Part shown: positions 58,040-64,000 of the stretch, piece after piece | Layout of the letters: every line of letters begins with the position of its first letter | Numbering within the stretch: the stretch's first letter is position 1 | Assembly: GCA_903856085.1 (NCBI GenBank) | Contig: CAIOAT010000013.1 | Coordinates: 39,430-103,429 of the forward strand | Direction: 5' to 3' | DNA: 64,000 bases | Origin: Candidatus Omnitrophota bacterium | GTDB lineage: Bacteria > Omnitrophota > Omnitrophia > Omnitrophales > Aquincolibacteriaceae | Translations under genes and position numbers: made by a program | Notes under the pieces: model-generated | Databases searched by the model: none | The model's input: the letters and a program-made list of their open reading frames with translations, nothing else | What the model was told of the DNA's origin: nothing

Positions 58040-58143
58040 GGATAACACTATACTACAGGCTGGCTACCACGTTGAGGCTAAATGTCATGCGTATTGTCCT
58101 CCACTTTTATTTCAAGTATACTTCGTAAATACGGAGAATTTTT

Positions 58144-59181
58144 ATGGCAAAAATGAAGGCGGTCGTTTTCAAAAAACACGGCACAACGGCAGAGCTTGAA
58201 GAAACTTATGTGCCTATTCCAGAACTCGGGAAAAAGGATGTCCTGGTCAAGGTCAAAGCTTGCGCGCTGAACCATTTGGATCTTTGGGTGCTCGGGGGCA
58301 TGCCAGGCGTCAAGGTCAGCATGCCGCATATTCTCGGTTGTGATATCGCGGGCGAAGTCGTTGAAAAAGGCAAAAAAGCTCACGGCATCCCGCTTCATAA
58401 ACCCGTGATCGTCGCACCCGGTATTTCCTGCGGCAAATGCGTTCACTGCAAATCAGGCTGGGACAGTCTTTGCGCCAAATATGAGATCGTCGGATTTCAG
58501 AATAACGGCGGTTACGCAGAATATGTCAAAGTCCCTGCACGGAACATCCTCCCTGTGCTCGGAAATCTCGGTATGGAATCCTGGGCCGCGGTGCCACTTG
58601 TGTTCCTGACGGCGTGGCATATCCTCGTAACACGAGCCGCACTCCAGAAAAAAGAGACGGTACTCATCCAGGCCGGCGGAAGCGGCATCGGAAGCGCCGC
58701 GATCCAGATCGCAAAGCTTCTGGGAGCCCGAGTGATCACCACGGTGGGAAGTGAAGAAAAGGTCAAGCGCGCCAAAGCACTCGGCGCAGATGCTGTCATC
58801 AATTATAAACTGAAAGATTTCCGGACTGAGGTGATGCGCCTGACTCAAAGTGAGGGCGTCGACGTTCTTTTTGAACATATCGGAGGCAACACGTTCACTC
58901 AAAGCGTGCTATGCCTCAAGAAAAAAGGCCGGATCGTTACCTGCGGCGCCACAGCCGGTCGCACCGTTAGCTTTGACCTGCGCTATCTTTACACGCATCA
59001 GCTTTCCGTCATGGGCTCTTATATGGGCGGCATCCCGGAGCTTCAGCGCATCGTCCGGCGCATTCAAGACGGCCGTTTGCGACCCGTGATCGATCAAGTC
59101 TTTCCGTTGCGGGAAGCGCGTCAGGCTCTGAATCGCATGGCCGCCCGCGAAAATTTTGGGAAGATTATTTTAAAACCCTAA
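58144..59181 (+). CDS. zinc-binding alcohol dehydrogenase / quinone oxidoreductase (MDR family)
   Basis: ALNHLD, CGKCVHC structural Zn site, AGGSGIG, GKIIL. Confidence 0.92.
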   Translation: MAKMKAVVFKKHGTTAELEETYVPIPELGKKDVLVKVKACALNHLDLWVLGGMPGVKVSMPHILGCDIAGEVVEKGKKAHGIPLHKPVIVAPGISCGKCVHCKSGWDSLCAKYEIVGFQNNGGYAEYVKVPARNILPVLGNLGMESWAAVPLVFLTAWHILVTRAALQKKETVLIQAGGSGIGSAAIQIAKLLGARVITTVGSEEKVKRAKALGADAVINYKLKDFRTEVMRLTQSEGVDVLFEHIGGNTFTQSVLCLKKKGRIVTCGATAGRTVSFDLRYLYTHQLSVMGSYMGGIPELQRIVRRIQDGRLRPVIDQVFPLREARQALNRMAARENFGKIILKP

Positions 59182-60075
59182 ATGAAACGCTCCAAACCCT
59201 ATCTCTCCGGCATCCAACTCATGTCCCAAAGCGCGATCTGTTTTTCGATCATGGCGCTTTGCGTCAAGTACGCCAGCACCTCCATCTCTCCCTTCCAGAT
59301 CGTTTTCTTCCGCAGTTTTTTCGGACTAGTGCTTGTACTCCCCTGGATCTGGCGCAAAAAAGTTTCGGTCTGGGGTGAGGAACGGTTGAAACTCACGGCT
59401 CGCGGCATCTGCGGCTTCGGCGCCCTGATCCTGCATTTCTACACGATTGCAAAACTCGAACTCGGTTTTGCGATCATGCTCAATTACACGGCCCCGATCT
59501 TCACGGTGATCTTCTCGATCTTCTTTCTAAAAGAACGGCCGAGCCTCTCCCTTTGTTTTTTGATCCTTTTGTCTTTTGCGGGAGTGGTTTTGCTCAATGC
59601 CCGTTCCGGCGCGGCCTGGGGCCCCGCGGTATGGCTTGCGCTCCTATCCTCGGTCTTCGCCGCATTCGCTTATTTGTCGATCCGCACGATCCGGCACCGG
59701 GAATCCCCTTATACCGTGATCTTTTATTTCACATTGATCTCAACGATCGGTTCACTTTTTTTCCTGAAAGACTGGCGATGGCCAGACTTAAGAACGTGGG
59801 GACTGGTCGCGGGAGTCGTGATCTTTTCTTTCTACGGACAGGTCTGGATGACGACAGCCTTAAGACGGGCGCCCGCCTACCTGGTCACGCCGTTCTCTTA
59901 TCTCCATCCAGTGCTCTCGTTCGGATATGGCTGGCTACTTTGGAGGGATGCCGTCACCTGGGCCACGGCGACTGGTATTTTTCTGATTGTGGGAAGCGGC
60001 TCGCTCATTTCTTGGTTTGAGACAAGGCGAGAAAAAAAGCTTCCTGCCTCCCTCTCAAGCGAATCTTGCCTCTAA
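59182..60075 (+). CDS. EamA/DMT family transporter
   Basis: 10 TM; two EamA repeats. Confidence 0.92.
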   Translation: MKRSKPYLSGIQLMSQSAICFSIMALCVKYASTSISPFQIVFFRSFFGLVLVLPWIWRKKVSVWGEERLKLTARGICGFGALILHFYTIAKLELGFAIMLNYTAPIFTVIFSIFFLKERPSLSLCFLILLSFAGVVLLNARSGAAWGPAVWLALLSSVFAAFAYLSIRTIRHRESPYTVIFYFTLISTIGSLFFLKDWRWPDLRTWGLVAGVVIFSFYGQVWMTTALRRAPAYLVTPFSYLHPVLSFGYGWLLWRDAVTWATATGIFLIVGSGSLISWFETRREKKLPASLSSESCL

Positions 60076-60108
60076 CGCTTGCAACCCTATTTTCCAAGAA
60101 AAACGGTA

Positions 60109-60924
60109 TTAAGCTTCGTTACGCTTCTGATCCGTGATTTTGAATGCCGCAAACAGATAGACCAGGTTGATCAGAACGTTCACGGAGAACGGCCAAGCCA
60201 GCGTTTGACCTGGGATCAAGGTTTTGAGCCAAGAGAGTGTAAAAGCCGCCGTGATGGCAAAACACGCCAGATTTAAAATAGCTCCATAGCCAAGTTTTTC
60301 CGTCCGCATGAGATTGAATAGAAGCCCTGCCAGGGAATAAAAAAGACTCGCCGCCATGAAAAATACGAAAGAAGAGATCAGCACCAGAAGCGGCACCACA
60401 AATGACATCGCGCTCTTAACGTTCTGATACATCGTCATCGCGGTAGTCCCGTCGATACGAACCCGCGGCGGCAGTTGCTGAGTCGGGCGCATCCCTGCTC
60501 CGGTAATATCCCGCGCCTCAATTTGTCCCGGCGCACGCTTGATGAAAACCTTTTGTGATGTCACCAGAAAATAAGCTTTGCCCATATCCGCTTCTGTCGC
60601 GGCCGTTTTTGTCATGTCAAAAAGAGCGATCGTTCCATACTGAGGATGCACAAGAGTCGCTGTGGTCTTGCCATTTTCAAGACTCAGACCGGCCGGGGTC
60701 CAGATAAGGACTGGCATATTCGACTGGGTCCATTGTGCAAAGGCATCCGCATGAGGCATCAATTTAACGGAAAGGAGTATCAACACAAGGACTGTCGTAA
60801 GACCTGCCAGATAGAGGCAATAAAGCACACCGCGGCCTGCATTGCTTTTGGCGGCATCCTGATAGACGGGCGGGTAAAAAAGAGCGGTGACGGGAGCGGT
60901 AAAGAACGTGAACATTTTATTCAT
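60109..60924 (-). CDS. DUF1189-like membrane protein
   Basis: One N-terminal TM, soluble domain, three C-terminal TM. Confidence 0.65.
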   Translation of the reverse strand: MNKMFTFFTAPVTALFYPPVYQDAAKSNAGRGVLYCLYLAGLTTVLVLILLSVKLMPHADAFAQWTQSNMPVLIWTPAGLSLENGKTTATLVHPQYGTIALFDMTKTAATEADMGKAYFLVTSQKVFIKRAPGQIEARDITGAGMRPTQQLPPRVRIDGTTAMTMYQNVKSAMSFVVPLLVLISSFVFFMAASLFYSLAGLLFNLMRTEKLGYGAILNLACFAITAAFTLSWLKTLIPGQTLAWPFSVNVLINLVYLFAAFKITDQKRNEA

Positions 60925-61393
60925 ATTGAATCTCCATGATCTTGAGTTTGATCTTTCCTGCCGGAACTTGAATGACGGTCTCTTCGTTCAAGGCTTTCCC
61001 GAGTATGCCGCGGCCGATCGGTGAGGTCACCGAGATCTTCCCCTCGTCAAAATTCGCCTCATCTTGGGATACAAGCGTGTAATCAAAAATATCGCCGCTA
61101 TCGAGATTCTTCACTTTAACTTTGGCGCTCAGATAAGCCTTGTCCTGGGCAATATCCCCTTTGTCAAGAATGCGCGCATTCCCGAGCCTGGCCTCCAACT
61201 GACCGATCCGTATTTCCAGCTGATGCTTCGCTTCCTTGGCGGTCTCCCAATCGGCATTTTCGCTCAAATCGCCGTGCGCCCGGGCCTTTTCAAGCTGGTC
61301 CGCGACCTCGCGACGTTTCTTGGTCTTGAGAAAATTTAAATCTTCGTAAAGCTTATCATAACCCTGCTGCGTTAAGATCACTTTGTCCGACAT
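60917..61393 (-). CDS. greA: transcription elongation factor GreA
   Basis: ARAHGDLSENA, ISVTSPIG. Confidence 0.97.
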   Translation of the reverse strand: MSDKVILTQQGYDKLYEDLNFLKTKKRREVADQLEKARAHGDLSENADWETAKEAKHQLEIRIGQLEARLGNARILDKGDIAQDKAYLSAKVKVKNLDSGDIFDYTLVSQDEANFDEGKISVTSPIGRGILGKALNEETVIQVPAGKIKLKIMEIQYE

Positions 61394-61411
61394 AATTTTG
61401 GAATCCTTTGT

Positions 61412-62494
61412 TTATTTGATTGAATAAGAACTATCCACCCGGCAAGGTTCGAATCCTGCGTCCTTGATACATCGGATAAGGTCCTCAGAACTTAACCCTT
61501 CAGGAGCGCGGCTTCCCGCCTCATGCATGACCCGTTCCTGGAGATTTGTCCCGCTCATGTCATCCGCGCCGAACGAAAGCGCGACTTGTACGAACTTCAA
61601 GTCCGTCGCCGACCCGTGAGCCTTAATGTGAGAGATATTATCCAGAAGAAGCCTCGAAATAGAAAGCATTTTCAGATCAAGAAAACCGCTGGTTTCTTTG
61701 CCCCCCCGGAGCGCGTTATTTTCGGAATGATACGCAAGCGGCACAAAGGCGCAAAACCCTTGTGTCTCATCCTGGAGCTCGCGCAATTTGAGAAGATGCG
61801 CTACGCGTTGCCCGGCGGTCTCAATATGCCCGTAAAGCATCGTGGCGTTGGTTTTGATCCCCGCCTTGTGTGCGGTCCGATGGATCTGGAGCCACTCCTC
61901 CCCGGATATTTTTTTAGGACAAATTTTAGCCCGTACCTCCGGGTCAAAAATTTCCGCCCCGCCCCCGGGCATCCCGTCTAACCCGGCCTCCTGAAGCCTG
62001 CGCAGAACTTCGGCCCAGGACACTCCCGAGTGCTTGGCCATAAAATCGATCTCGGGGGCACTGAATGCCTTGATAAAAAGATCTGAGCTCACCCCACGGA
62101 TCCGCTTCACCATTTCCAGATAATAATCAAGCCCGAGCGCAGGATTATGACCGCCCACGATATGAACTTCATTGATCTGCCAGCGATCGACCGCATTCCG
62201 GACTTTTTGTTCGATCTCCTCAAGCGTCAACGTGTAAGCGTCGGGCGCATCCGCATCACGGGAAAAGGCGCAGAACTCGCAACGGGCAGAACAAATATTC
62301 GTGGGATTGAGATGAAGGTTCAGGGCGTAGAAAGCCTGGCGGCCATGCATCCTGTCACGAACCTCATGCGCCATCTGACCGATCGCAAGAATGTCTGTGC
62401 TATTGAAAAGCTGCACGCCCTCTTCGAAAGACAGGCGTTCCTTATTCTGGACTTTTTGGGCGATTGTTTGAAAGAAATAAGCTTCGGGGTTCAT
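61412..62494 (-). CDS. mqnE: CofH-family radical SAM protein, probably aminofutalosine synthase
   Basis: NPTNICSARCEFC, EVHIVGG, MPGGGAEIF, NATMLYGHIE. Confidence 0.85.
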   Translation of the reverse strand: MNPEAYFFQTIAQKVQNKERLSFEEGVQLFNSTDILAIGQMAHEVRDRMHGRQAFYALNLHLNPTNICSARCEFCAFSRDADAPDAYTLTLEEIEQKVRNAVDRWQINEVHIVGGHNPALGLDYYLEMVKRIRGVSSDLFIKAFSAPEIDFMAKHSGVSWAEVLRRLQEAGLDGMPGGGAEIFDPEVRAKICPKKISGEEWLQIHRTAHKAGIKTNATMLYGHIETAGQRVAHLLKLRELQDETQGFCAFVPLAYHSENNALRGGKETSGFLDLKMLSISRLLLDNISHIKAHGSATDLKFVQVALSFGADDMSGTNLQERVMHEAGSRAPEGLSSEDLIRCIKDAGFEPCRVDSSYSIK

Positions 62495-62536
62495 GGTTGG
62501 ATCTTTCTTGCTAACGCGGCGTGCAGCGGTTGATTT

Positions 62537-64000
<1,464 letters not shown>

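Overview
A gene-dense bacterial chromosomal segment of moderate GC content. The gene mix is suggestive of Omnitrophota or another PVC-related anaerobe, but that is inference only. About 60 CDS are present. Housekeeping genes include glpK/glpD, csp, an EfpL-type efp, ispH, ispG, prfC, era, trxA, nth, greA, mqnE and thiC. The rest cover a c-di-AMP/K+ module, a membrane pyrophosphatase, an RND/TolC pump, an AmmeMemoRadiSam cluster and signalling proteins. No rRNA, intact tRNA, CRISPR array or intact mobile element was found. Two genes (hppA, htpX) carry single-base frameshifts that look like homopolymer sequencing errors. The most interesting unexplained signals are non-coding: a ~350-nt multi-stem, pseudoknotted intergenic element at 42.6-43.0 kb, a switch-like attenuator leader at 10.1-10.3 kb, and an 81-bp tandem structured repeat at 37.6 kb. 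Unusual coding modules include a KimA/KUP-like transporter, an HTH-less LacI-type protein, a diadenylate cyclase and glpK/glpD in one run; a stand-alone RnfD-like protein beside an exported SOR-like protein; and an apparently exported AmmeMemoRadiSam system. All RNA structures were read by eye, not computed.
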